Assembly (NCBI GenBank): GCA_004297205.1 | Contig: SCUL01000002.1 | Coordinates: 786,893-850,892, forward strand | Direction of reading: 5' to 3' | Length of the DNA stretch: 64,000 nucleotides | From: Patescibacteria group bacterium | Lineage (GTDB): Bacteria > Patescibacteriota > Patescibacteriia > 2-12-FULL-57-11 | In this document: positions 8,819 to 17,762 of the stretch, piece after piece | Layout of the letters: the number at the start of each line of letters is the position of its first letter | How positions within the stretch are numbered: the first letter of the stretch is position 1 | Position numbers and translations under genes: made by a program | The notes under the pieces: generated by a model | What the model was told of the DNA's origin: nothing | What the model saw: the letters and a program-made list of their open reading frames with translations, nothing else | The model's database searches: none

Positions 8819-9151
8819 ATGTATCCCGTATTGATTCTGCTCGCCCAGGCCTTCTACAGCGTCTCCGACCTGCTGAAGAAGATGGCCTTCCGCGACCTGG
8901 AGTTCTCCCCGGCGCTGCTCACCAACCCGCGCTTCGTCGGCGTGACCTTGATCGCCGTGCTCGGTTTCCTGGTCCAGCTGTACGTGCTCTCCCGCTACGA
9001 CCTGTCGCGCACCGCCATCTTCATGGGCATCTTCGCGCTGATCCTGTCGCCGCTTCTGGCCGTGCTCGTCCTGCATGAGAAACTCTCGCCCTTGAACTGG
9101 CTCGGGGTCGGACTCGCGATCGTGGCGGTCGCGCTGGTCAACGCCAAATAG
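8819..9151 (+). CDS. Small EamA/SMR-like (DMT superfamily) membrane protein
   Basis: 110 aa, four hydrophobic helices, DLSR and LHEKLSPLNWLGV motifs; 1-nt gaps to pheS and pheT. Confidence 0.75.
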   Translation: MYPVLILLAQAFYSVSDLLKKMAFRDLEFSPALLTNPRFVGVTLIAVLGFLVQLYVLSRYDLSRTAIFMGIFALILSPLLAVLVLHEKLSPLNWLGVGLAIVAVALVNAK

Positions 9152-9152
9152 C

Positions 9153-11582
9153 ATGAACATCCAGCTGTCCTACCAGTGGCTCCAGGAGTACGCCAAAACG
9201 GATCTCGCACCCGAGGAGTTCGCGCGCCGCCTGTCGTTGTCCGGCCCGGCCGTGGAGCGCATCCACCGGCCGGCCGACCACTTGAACCACGTCGTCGTCG
9301 GCCGCATCGCCGAGATCCGCCCGCATCCCAACGCCAACCGCCTGGCCGTGACCATCGTCGACGTCGGCAAGGAGCTTTTGGAAATCGTCTGCGGCGGCAC
9401 CAACTTGTCCATCGGCCAGAAAGTCGCCGTTGCCAAAGTCGGGAGCGTGGTGCGCTGGCACGGAGAAGGCGAGCCGATCGTGCTGGGTGAAGCCGAGATC
9501 CGCGGCGTGAAAAGTTTCGGCATGATTGCCGCCTCCGACGAAATCAGTCTGGCCGACTTTTTCCCGGCAAAGGGCGAAAAAGAGATTCTTGACCTGTCAT
9601 TCTTGGAGAAAGTCCCGGCAGGTACGCCACTGGCCGAGGCGCTGGGACTCGCCGACGTCGTGTTCGACGTGGAAGTCACCACCAACCGTCCGGACGCGAT
9701 GTCCGCGATCGGCATGGCGCGCGAAGCGGCGGCCATCTGCGGCGCCAAGTTCCAGCAGAAACGCGTCGCCGAGCGTTCCAAGATGCCGTCGCTGCCGTCC
9801 AAGGACAAGCTCGGCCTGACCGTCGAGGTCAAAGAGAAGACGCTCTGTCCGCGTTATGAAGCCGTGGTCGTCGACGGCGTCCACGTCGGTCCGTCGCCGT
9901 GGTGGTTGCGCCGCCGTTTGGCGCAGGCCGGCATCCGTTCCGTCAACAACATCGTCGACATCACCAATTACGTGATGCTCGAGCTCGGCCAGCCGATGCA
10001 CGCCTTCGACTACCATGCGCTCCAGGAACGCACCATCGTCGTGCGCGCGGCCAAACCGAAGGAGACGATCACCACGCTCGACGGCAACACCTACACCTTC
10101 GCCGGCGGCGAGCTCGTGATCGCCGACAAGGCCCGGCCGGTGGCCATCGCCGGCGTCATGGGCGGGCAAGCCACCGGGGTGAGCAGCACCATGACCGCCG
10201 TCGTCTTCGAGGCGGCGACGTTCGACGCCGTCTCGGTACGCCGCACGGCGCGCGCCTTGAACGTGCACTCGGATGCTTCCCTCCGTTTTGAAAAAGGACT
10301 GTCCACGGAAGGCACGGCCGCCGCGCTGGCCCGGGCCGTGCAGCTCGCCCGGGAGATCGCCGGCGGCAGCCCGGCCTCCGGCGTCAAAGACGTCCGTGCC
10401 GCCGCTTACGCCCCCAAGACCTACAAGTTCCGTCCGGCCAAAGCCGCGGAGCTGATCGGCGCGCCGGTGCCCGCGGCCAAGCAGTTTTCCATGTTGTCGG
10501 CGCTCGGCTGCGCCATGAAAGGCCGCGGCGCCGTGGTCGACGTGACGATTCCCTGGTGGCGTGATTCTGACATCGAAGGGGAGCGCGATCTGGTGGAGGA
10601 AGTCGCCCGCATCTGGGGCTACCACAACCTGCCGTCGCTTCTGCCCGCCGGCGTGCCGCCGATCCGGCCGGAAGATCCGCTGCTGGCCTTTGAAGACTCC
10701 GTCCGCGACGTGCTTGCCGGCGCCGGATGGACCGAAGCCATCAGCAACTCCATGGTCGCCGACGACGCGCATGAGAAGGCCGGCATCGAAGGCGACGCGG
10801 TGCGCCTGGCCAATCCGCTGACCGCGGACCTGGCCGTGCTGCGCACGCATCTGCTGCCGTCGCTCCTCCATATCGTCGCCCAGAACCAGGAGGCGGTTCC
10901 GTCCTCGGCGGTCTTTGAGATCGGCAACGTTTACTTGCCGGAGCGCGGCGGTCTGCCGCGTGAAACGTCGCGCGTCATCGTCGCCTCGTGGGGCGCTTCG
11001 CCGGACGGCGAACAGTTCCTGCGCGTGAAAGGCGCCGTCACGCGCCTGGCGGAAGCGCTTGCCGCGGGCTGGTCCTGGGGCGTGCCGGGGAGCTGCAGCA
11101 TGCTGCCGGCGAAAAGCGCGCATTCGGGGCGGCGCATCGACCTGAAGATCGGGGAAGCCGCCGCGGGGACGCTGGCCGAAGTGCATCCGGCCACGCTGGC
11201 CCGCTTCGGGATCGAAACGCGCGTCGCCGTGGCCGTGCTCGACCCCCGGACGTTCGTGACGCATCCGGCGCGCCCGGCCTACCTGCCGCCGCCGCACTTC
11301 CCGGGCGTGAAACGCGACCTGGCCTTCTTCGCGGCGGAGCGCGCCACGCACGCCGCGCTCCTGGCCGCCATCCGCGGCGCGCATCCGCTCGTCGCCGAAG
11401 TCGAACTCTTCGATGTCTTCCGCGGCAAGGGCGTGCCGGACGATAAAAAGAGCATGGCCTACCACATCGTCTATCGCGCCGCGGACCGCACCTTGACCGC
11501 GGCCGAGGCGGAAGAAGCGCACGCCGCAGTGGTCGCCGCGCTTACCCACAACAAGGTTTTCGCCGCTTCCATCCGCGAGTGA
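9153..11582 (+). CDS. pheT: Phenylalanine--tRNA ligase beta subunit
   Basis: HPNANRL, IVCGGTN, TTNRPDA, NNIVDITNYVMLELGQPMHAFD, RFEKG, DLVEEVARIWGY, FDVFRG..KSMAY. Confidence 0.97.
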   Translation: MNIQLSYQWLQEYAKTDLAPEEFARRLSLSGPAVERIHRPADHLNHVVVGRIAEIRPHPNANRLAVTIVDVGKELLEIVCGGTNLSIGQKVAVAKVGSVVRWHGEGEPIVLGEAEIRGVKSFGMIAASDEISLADFFPAKGEKEILDLSFLEKVPAGTPLAEALGLADVVFDVEVTTNRPDAMSAIGMAREAAAICGAKFQQKRVAERSKMPSLPSKDKLGLTVEVKEKTLCPRYEAVVVDGVHVGPSPWWLRRRLAQAGIRSVNNIVDITNYVMLELGQPMHAFDYHALQERTIVVRAAKPKETITTLDGNTYTFAGGELVIADKARPVAIAGVMGGQATGVSSTMTAVVFEAATFDAVSVRRTARALNVHSDASLRFEKGLSTEGTAAALARAVQLAREIAGGSPASGVKDVRAAAYAPKTYKFRPAKAAELIGAPVPAAKQFSMLSALGCAMKGRGAVVDVTIPWWRDSDIEGERDLVEEVARIWGYHNLPSLLPAGVPPIRPEDPLLAFEDSVRDVLAGAGWTEAISNSMVADDAHEKAGIEGDAVRLANPLTADLAVLRTHLLPSLLHIVAQNQEAVPSSAVFEIGNVYLPERGGLPRETSRVIVASWGASPDGEQFLRVKGAVTRLAEALAAGWSWGVPGSCSMLPAKSAHSGRRIDLKIGEAAAGTLAEVHPATLARFGIETRVAVAVLDPRTFVTHPARPAYLPPPHFPGVKRDLAFFAAERATHAALLAAIRGAHPLVAEVELFDVFRGKGVPDDKKSMAYHIVYRAADRTLTAAEAEEAHAAVVAALTHNKVFAASIRE

Positions 11583-11622
11583 TATACTGGCGGAGGAGAA
11601 GGCACCCCCGCGTCCCGCACCT

Positions 11623-11910
11623 ATGATCATCGAAACCTCACAAGACGTGCTGTGGCTGTCCATCGCCTTCGCGGTGGTGCTTGTGGCGGTGTTCCTGGCC
11701 TGGATGATGTACTACATCATCATGATGCTCCGGGACATCCGGGAGATGGTGCATGACACGCGCGACCGCTTCGACCGCATCGAAAAATTCGTCATGGCGA
11801 TCGGGGAAAAGGCGGAAGCGCTGTTTGCCATCGGGCCGATGCTCGGGGAGGGGATCAAGACCGCGGTCGGCTACATCATGGAGCGGCGGGAAGAAAAGCG
11901 ACGCCGGTAA
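11623..11910 (+). CDS. Small single-pass membrane protein (hypothetical)
   Basis: One TM helix plus coiled-coil; TGATATACT extended -10 upstream. Confidence 0.7.
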   Translation: MIIETSQDVLWLSIAFAVVLVAVFLAWMMYYIIMMLRDIREMVHDTRDRFDRIEKFVMAIGEKAEALFAIGPMLGEGIKTAVGYIMERREEKRRR

Positions 11911-11916
11911 ATTTCA

Positions 11917-11968
11917 AAAAAAGAGCCCCGCCACCCTTCAGAACGAAGGCGTTGGCGGGGTTTTCGTT
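11917..11968. terminator. Bidirectional terminator-like hairpin
   Basis: A-tract, CCCCGCCA...TGGCGGGG stem, TTTT; lies between convergent genes. Confidence 0.65.
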
Positions 11969-12562
11969 TCAGACGAGCGGCTGTCCGCAGCCGTGGCAAT
12001 GGTTGCCGACGTAGTCGTTGCGGACGAGTTTGGCGCCGCAGTGCCGGCAGAACCGGACGCCGGGAGCGCGCACCGTGCTGCGTTCCGCGTCCCCGGGGAT
12101 GGGCGCCGGAAGCGGCAGGCGGCCGCCCAGGGAGGCGATCCGCATCTCGTCGATCGCGTATTCGACCTCGTCCGCCCAGGTCCGGACGACCGGCTCGGGA
12201 GTCTCCGCGAGCAGCTCCAGCCGCGGACGCGGGTCCTCGCTCTCGGTGGAGACGAGCCAGGCCACGTGCCCGAAGCGTCCGGCCGCAACGGGTTCCACGC
12301 GGACCGTGCAGCCCGGGATCAAGACCTGCAGCGTTCTGTCCAGGGCCTGCTGAAGCTCTGACAGCAGGCGCAGCTCGGGACGGCTGAGCTCCAGCGGCGA
12401 GACCGCATGGCGCTTCGGTCCGAGGACGAGCACGTGCCGCAGGCAGGCGCGCGGCGGACTGTGGAACGCGAACCAGGCGTCGTTGTCGATGAGGATGCCG
12501 CCCGGAGTCGGCATCCCGTGCAGGATGTCGCACAACAGGCAGGGAGCGAAGTCGTGTCCCAT
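11969..12562 (-). CDS. HIT-like domain protein with C-terminal zinc ribbon
   Basis: CLLCDI start and HVLVLGPKRH resemble HIT proteins, but HxHxH triad is absent (FGHVAW); C-terminal CRHC...CHGC; SD GAGG. Confidence 0.6.
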   Translation of the reverse strand: MGHDFAPCLLCDILHGMPTPGGILIDNDAWFAFHSPPRACLRHVLVLGPKRHAVSPLELSRPELRLLSELQQALDRTLQVLIPGCTVRVEPVAAGRFGHVAWLVSTESEDPRPRLELLAETPEPVVRTWADEVEYAIDEMRIASLGGRLPLPAPIPGDAERSTVRAPGVRFCRHCGAKLVRNDYVGNHCHGCGQPLV

Positions 12563-12645
12563 GGCACCTCGCCGCTACCCTGGGCGGAAACCGGCGGTTT
12601 GTCAATATTGCCGGAGCGGACGGCGGGCCGTAAGATGCCGGCACC

Positions 12646-15600
12646 ATGCGCTTCGTCCATCTCCACGTCCACTCCCATTACTCGCTCCTGGACGGTCTGG
12701 GACAGATTCCGGCATTGGTGGCCCGGGCCAAGGAGTTGGGCATGGACGCGCTCGCGATCACCGACCACGGAGCCATGTACGGGGCGATCGAGTTCTACGA
12801 GGAATGCGTCAAGCAGCAGATCAAGCCGATCATCGGCATGGAGGCCTACGTGGCGCCGCGCGGCATGCGGGACAAGACGGCGCGGGTCGACGACCGCGCC
12901 TACCACCTGACGCTGCTCGCCGAGAACCTGGCCGGCTACCGCAACCTCATCAAGATCACCACCGCCGCGCACCTCGACGGTTTCTATTACAAGCCGCGCG
13001 TCGACCTGGAGTTCCTGCGCACCCACGCCGAGGGCGTCATCGCACTGTCCGGCTGCCTGAACGGGCAGATTCCCCGCGCCCTCGAGGTCAAAGACGATGC
13101 CAAGGCCGAGGAACTGCTCAAGACCTACCAGGAGATCTTCGGCCGCGACAACTTTTTTCTGGAAGTGCAGGACCACGAGGAGATTCCCGAACAGGTGGAG
13201 CGGAACGCCCAGCTCATTCTGCTGGCCGACCGGCTCGGCGTGCCGCTCGTCGCCACCAAGGACTGCCACTATATCCACGCCGACGACCGCGAAGCGCAGG
13301 ACGTCCTGCTCGCCATCGGCACCGGAAAAACGCTCGAGGACCCGACGCGCTTTTCGATGCGCGACGCCGACTACTCGCTGACCTCGCCCGAGGACATGGC
13401 GCGGGCCTTCGCGCATCGGCCGGACGCCATCGAGAATACCGGAAAGATCGCCGACCGCTGCTCCGTCACCATCGAGCTGGGCAAATGGGTCTTCCCCGAG
13501 TTTCCGATTCCGGACGGACTGACCGCCGACGAATTCCTGCGCCGGGAAGCCGAGGCCGGTCTGCGCGGGAAGGGACAGATGATCCCGGAATACCAGAAGC
13601 GGCTCGACTACGAGCTCGACATCATCAAGACGAAAGGCTACGCCACGTACTTCCTCGTCGTCGCCGACTATACCAAGTGGGCGCGCGCCCAGGGCATCAT
13701 CTCCACGACCCGCGGCTCGGCCGCCGGCTCCGTCGTTTCCTACGGCATCGGCGTCACCACCGTCGATCCGCTCGCGTACAAATTGCCGTTCGAGCGCTTC
13801 TTGAATCCTTTCCGCCCCTCGCCGCCCGATATCGACATGGATTTTGCCGACAACAAGCGCGACCGGGTGCTCGACTACGTGAAAAACAAGTACGGCGCCG
13901 ACCGCGTCGCCCAGATTTGCACCTTCGGCACCATGGCAGCGCGCGGTTCGGTGCGCGACGTGGCCCGCGCGCTCGGATACCCGTACGGATTGGGTGACCG
14001 CGTCGCCAAAATGATCCCCATGGGCTCGCAGGGTTTCCACATGACCATCGCCCGCGCGCTCAAGGAGACGCCGGAGCTCCAGCAGGTCTACGACAGCGAG
14101 CCGGACGTGAAACGCGTCATCGACCTGGCCCAAAAAATCGAAGGCTGCGCCCGCCACACCTCGGTTCACGCCGCGGGAGTGGTCATTGCGCCGGGGCCGC
14201 TCACGGATTGGATGCCGCTTCAGAAGGAAGCCGGCGGCGAGAACGTCATCACGCAGTACGAAATGCACGCCTCGGAGCAGTCCGGCATCTTGAAGATGGA
14301 TTTCCTCGGCATCCGCAACCTGTCCATTCTCGACACGGCCGTGGAAATCGTGGAGAAGACCAAGGGCGTGAAGGTCGACCTCTTGAACCTGCCGCTCGAT
14401 GACAAGAAGACGTACGACCTGCTTGCCCGCGGGCAGACCACGGGCCTGTTCCAGCTCGGCGGCGACGGCATGACCAAATACATCATCGAACTGCAGCCGG
14501 CCACGATCTTCGACCTCATGGCCATGGTCGCGCTCTACCGCCCGGGTCCGATCGAGTCCATCCCCGAATACATCCGCCGCAAGCGCAATCCGCGGCTGGT
14601 GCGCGTGCTCGACCCGCGCATGAAGGAGATTTTGTCCATGAGCTACGGGATCATCACCTATCAGGACGACGTGCTCCTGATCGCCATCCATCTGGCGGGC
14701 TACGACTGGGCCGAGGCCGACAAGCTGCGCAAAGCCATGGGCAAGAAGATTCCTAAGGAAATGGCGGCACAGAAGGAGAAGTTCCTGGCCGGCTGCGTGA
14801 AGGGCGGCATGACGGAGGACAAGGCCATCGATCTCTGGAAGCTGATCGAACCGTTCGCCGCCTACGGTTTCAACAAGGCCCACGCCGCCTCTTACGCCAT
14901 CGTGGCCTACCAGACGGCCTACATGAAGGCCAACTACCCGGCCGAATACATGGCCGCGGTCATGACCAATGAATCCGGCGACATGCCGACCGTGGCTTCG
15001 GCCATCAACGAGTGCGCCAAGATGGGCATCAAGGTGCTGCCGCCGGACGTGAACTCTTCCCTCGCCACCTTCACCTACATCGACGACACGCAGGTCCGCT
15101 TCGGTCTGAACGCCATCAAGAACCTTGGAGGTGACACCGTGGCCGCGCTCATCGCCGAGCGCAAGGCGAACGGGCCGTTCACGGATTTGACCGATCTGGC
15201 CCGGCGTCTGCCGACCAAGGTCATGAACCGCAAAGCCGTGGAAGCGCTGGCCAAGTCCGGCGCGCTCGACGCGCTCGGCGAACGCAACGCCATTCTCGGC
15301 AACGTCGAGGAGCTGGTGCGCTTCAACAAGGAGGCCGCGGCGCATGCCGTGAGCCAGCAGGCCTCGCTGTTTACCGCGGGCGGCGGGCTGGGCGCGGAAA
15401 CCGTCCGCCTCAAAGCCGTAGAGCCGGCCACCAAGCGCGACATTCTTTCCTGGGAGAAGGAATTGCTCGGCATGTACGTCTCCGAGCACCCCTTCCGCGA
15501 TGTTGCCGCCGCGGCGGGGGACCTGTTGCCGATCGCGAAGCTCGGTGAGATGAAAAAGGGCGCGTTCGCCGTGATCGGCGGCATGCTTCAGGCGCCCAAG

Positions 15601-16167
15601 CACATCACCACCAAGAACGGCGAGTCGATGGTGTTCGTCCGCGTCGAGGACGAGACGTCCGGCGTCGAAATCGTGGTCTTCCCGCGCGTCTATGCCGCGC
15701 AGCCGGAGTTGTGGACGGAAGACGCGGCGATCGTGGTGTCGGGCAAGATTTCCGACAAGGACGATGAGTTGCGGTTTTTGGCGAACCAGGCGGTCGTGGT
15801 CAGCGCGCAGACGGTGCGCCAGGGTATCGCAGCGCTTCGGAGCGGCGCCATGATGGCCGCGCAGGCGCCGCGGCCGCCCGCGGCCGCCGCCCCGCCGCAG
15901 ACGGGCGCCGATGCCGCACCGCGCACCATGCCCAGCATGCCGAGCGTGACCATCAACCTGCCGGACGCGCCGACACCGGAGCTCGCGCAGGAATTGAAAT
16001 CGGTGTTCGAACAATGTCCGGGCGGACTGGTCGTCTTTTTGGAAATCGGAAAAGGGGAGCGACCCAAACGCATTGAAACGCAGTTTCGGATCGGTTGGAG
16101 TCCGCAGGTCGCAGGCCGCATTTGCGCGCTTCCCGGCATCGGCGGCGCGCGCGTCGTCGGCGCATAG
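12646..16167 (+). CDS. dnaE: DNA polymerase III alpha subunit
   Basis: HLHVHSHYSLLDG PHP domain, RGSAAGS, PPDIDMDF, HAAGVVI, KMDFLG, YGFNKAHA, EKELLGMYVSEHP. Confidence 0.98.
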   Translation: MRFVHLHVHSHYSLLDGLGQIPALVARAKELGMDALAITDHGAMYGAIEFYEECVKQQIKPIIGMEAYVAPRGMRDKTARVDDRAYHLTLLAENLAGYRNLIKITTAAHLDGFYYKPRVDLEFLRTHAEGVIALSGCLNGQIPRALEVKDDAKAEELLKTYQEIFGRDNFFLEVQDHEEIPEQVERNAQLILLADRLGVPLVATKDCHYIHADDREAQDVLLAIGTGKTLEDPTRFSMRDADYSLTSPEDMARAFAHRPDAIENTGKIADRCSVTIELGKWVFPEFPIPDGLTADEFLRREAEAGLRGKGQMIPEYQKRLDYELDIIKTKGYATYFLVVADYTKWARAQGIISTTRGSAAGSVVSYGIGVTTVDPLAYKLPFERFLNPFRPSPPDIDMDFADNKRDRVLDYVKNKYGADRVAQICTFGTMAARGSVRDVARALGYPYGLGDRVAKMIPMGSQGFHMTIARALKETPELQQVYDSEPDVKRVIDLAQKIEGCARHTSVHAAGVVIAPGPLTDWMPLQKEAGGENVITQYEMHASEQSGILKMDFLGIRNLSILDTAVEIVEKTKGVKVDLLNLPLDDKKTYDLLARGQTTGLFQLGGDGMTKYIIELQPATIFDLMAMVALYRPGPIESIPEYIRRKRNPRLVRVLDPRMKEILSMSYGIITYQDDVLLIAIHLAGYDWAEADKLRKAMGKKIPKEMAAQKEKFLAGCVKGGMTEDKAIDLWKLIEPFAAYGFNKAHAASYAIVAYQTAYMKANYPAEYMAAVMTNESGDMPTVASAINECAKMGIKVLPPDVNSSLATFTYIDDTQVRFGLNAIKNLGGDTVAALIAERKANGPFTDLTDLARRLPTKVMNRKAVEALAKSGALDALGERNAILGNVEELVRFNKEAAAHAVSQQASLFTAGGGLGAETVRLKAVEPATKRDILSWEKELLGMYVSEHPFRDVAAAAGDLLPIAKLGEMKKGAFAVIGGMLQAPKHITTKNGESMVFVRVEDETSGVEIVVFPRVYAAQPELWTEDAAIVVSGKISDKDDELRFLANQAVVVSAQTVRQGIAALRSGAMMAAQAPRPPAAAAPPQTGADAAPRTMPSMPSVTINLPDAPTPELAQELKSVFEQCPGGLVVFLEIGKGERPKRIETQFRIGWSPQVAGRICALPGIGGARVVGA

Positions 16168-16217
16168 CGTGTTCCCGGCGGCGCGGTGTGGTATAGTGAT
16201 GGGGACTTGAGGAGGAT

Positions 16218-17687
16218 ATGCCCCCGAAAAAGAAACCCGCAGCCAAGAAACGCGTTGCGCCGCGTCGCAAGAAGGGCGACCTGGAGCCGTCCGCCGAACT
16301 CGCGGCAGCCGTGACGCCGCCCGCACCGCCGTGGGCCGTCCCGCCGCCGAGCGATTTTATTGCGCCGCCGTCCGTGGTCCCGGAAGAGCACATGGTATCG
16401 CTGGACGTCGACACCGTGCACGACGCGCCGACGACGCTCGCCATCAAAGGCCACGGCGAGGCGGCGGATCTCCCGATCGACCACAACGAGCCGGTCCGCC
16501 ACATCGCCGTCGGCCGCCCCACGCCGTCGCCTGCAGCACGCTCGACCGCCGTGCCGCGCGCCGCGCGTCCGGCCGTCCACCTTTCCGTCTACCGCAAGCT
16601 GGCCACCACCTTCATCGGGTTGGCCGTGCTCTTGCTCGGTTTCGTGTTGTACCTGTCCTTCACCCGCGCCGCGGTCACCGTGGTGCGCAGCGCCCTGCCG
16701 ATCTCCACCACCTTCACGGCCAAGGTCGCGCCGGAACCGCAGGACGCCTCGACCGTGCCCGGCGCGGTGCTCGAAACCGTGGCCGAAGGAACCAAGACCG
16801 TGGCCGCGAGTGGGGAGAAGACCATCGTCGAAGGCAAGGCCTGCGGCGCGGTCACCATCGTCAACACCCAGGCCAAAGCGCAGCCGTTGGTGGCGACGAC
16901 GCGCCTGCTCTCGCCGGAAGGCGTGCTGTTCCGACTGGAGAGAAACGTGACTGTCCCTGCCAACGGTCGCCTGGAAACGCGCGCCTGCGCCGATCAGCCG
17001 GGCAAGGCCGGCGACATCGACCCGACGCGCTTCACCATCCCGGGACTTGCCGCGGCGCTCCAGGAGAAGACCTACGCCGTATCCACGGCCAGCATGACCG
17101 GCGGGGCCGTCGAAGTGTCGGTGATCACGCAGCAGGAAGTCGACGCCGCAGTGGCCGCCTACGCCAGAGAAGTCGCCGGTCAGGCCGCGGAGACGCTCAA
17201 AAAGCTCCTGTCCCGACCGGAAGTCGGCAGCGGCGTGTTCTTCAAAGAACAGGTGGTACGCCGCGAGACGACCGCCAAGGTGGGGGAGTCGCAGCCGACC
17301 TTCGACGTGACCGTGGCGGTGCACGTGGAAGCCGTTTTCTATGACAAGCAGACGCTGCTCCGCGTCGCCGAAGCATCGCTCCGTGCCGCCGCGCCGGCCG
17401 ACAAGGAAGTGCGCGGCATCACCGCCGACGGGCTCACCGTGGAACTCGTCGCCAGCGACACCGCCGCCAAATCCGCGACGCTCTCCGTGACCGTGCCGGG
17501 CGAGGCGGTGCTCAAAGAGACCCACGAGGCCTTCGATCCGGAAAAGTTGACCGGCCTGTCCGTCGAAGACGTGCAACGGGACCTGGGGTCGCTCGACGGC
17601 GTGGAATCCGTCACCGTGAAGATCACCCCGGCCTTCCTGAAGCGCCTGCCGAATTTGGCGGATCATATCGATATCACGTTCGAGTAA
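16218..17687 (+). CDS. Membrane-anchored baseplate J/gp47-like domain protein (CPR-type)
   Basis: Disordered N-terminus, one TM, then GKACGAVTIVN..QPLVATTRL..G.LFRL..VTVP..ADQPG..G.I.PTRFTIPGL..MTGG. Confidence 0.7.
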   Translation: MPPKKKPAAKKRVAPRRKKGDLEPSAELAAAVTPPAPPWAVPPPSDFIAPPSVVPEEHMVSLDVDTVHDAPTTLAIKGHGEAADLPIDHNEPVRHIAVGRPTPSPAARSTAVPRAARPAVHLSVYRKLATTFIGLAVLLLGFVLYLSFTRAAVTVVRSALPISTTFTAKVAPEPQDASTVPGAVLETVAEGTKTVAASGEKTIVEGKACGAVTIVNTQAKAQPLVATTRLLSPEGVLFRLERNVTVPANGRLETRACADQPGKAGDIDPTRFTIPGLAAALQEKTYAVSTASMTGGAVEVSVITQQEVDAAVAAYAREVAGQAAETLKKLLSRPEVGSGVFFKEQVVRRETTAKVGESQPTFDVTVAVHVEAVFYDKQTLLRVAEASLRAAAPADKEVRGITADGLTVELVASDTAAKSATLSVTVPGEAVLKETHEAFDPEKLTGLSVEDVQRDLGSLDGVESVTVKITPAFLKRLPNLADHIDITFE

Positions 17688-17696
17688 AGAACCGGC

Positions 17697-17722
17697 GTAG
17701 GGGCGGGCCGATGTGCCCGCCC
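17697..17722 (+). repeat. GTAG-type REP
   Basis: GTAG followed by GGGCGGGC-cgatgt-GCCCGCCC hairpin. Confidence 0.65.
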
Positions 17723-17762
17723 TTTGCGTTTCGCAAGGAAATGCGGCACGATAGATGCCGTT

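Noticed and set aside
12646-16167. Intein in DnaE (and in GyrB)
   Set aside because: Lengths and motif spacing are normal; no intein terminal or homing-endonuclease motifs seen.
16218-17687. Prophage suggested by a baseplate-J-like domain
   Set aside because: Membrane-anchored solitary gene between dnaE and thrS with no other phage genes nearby.
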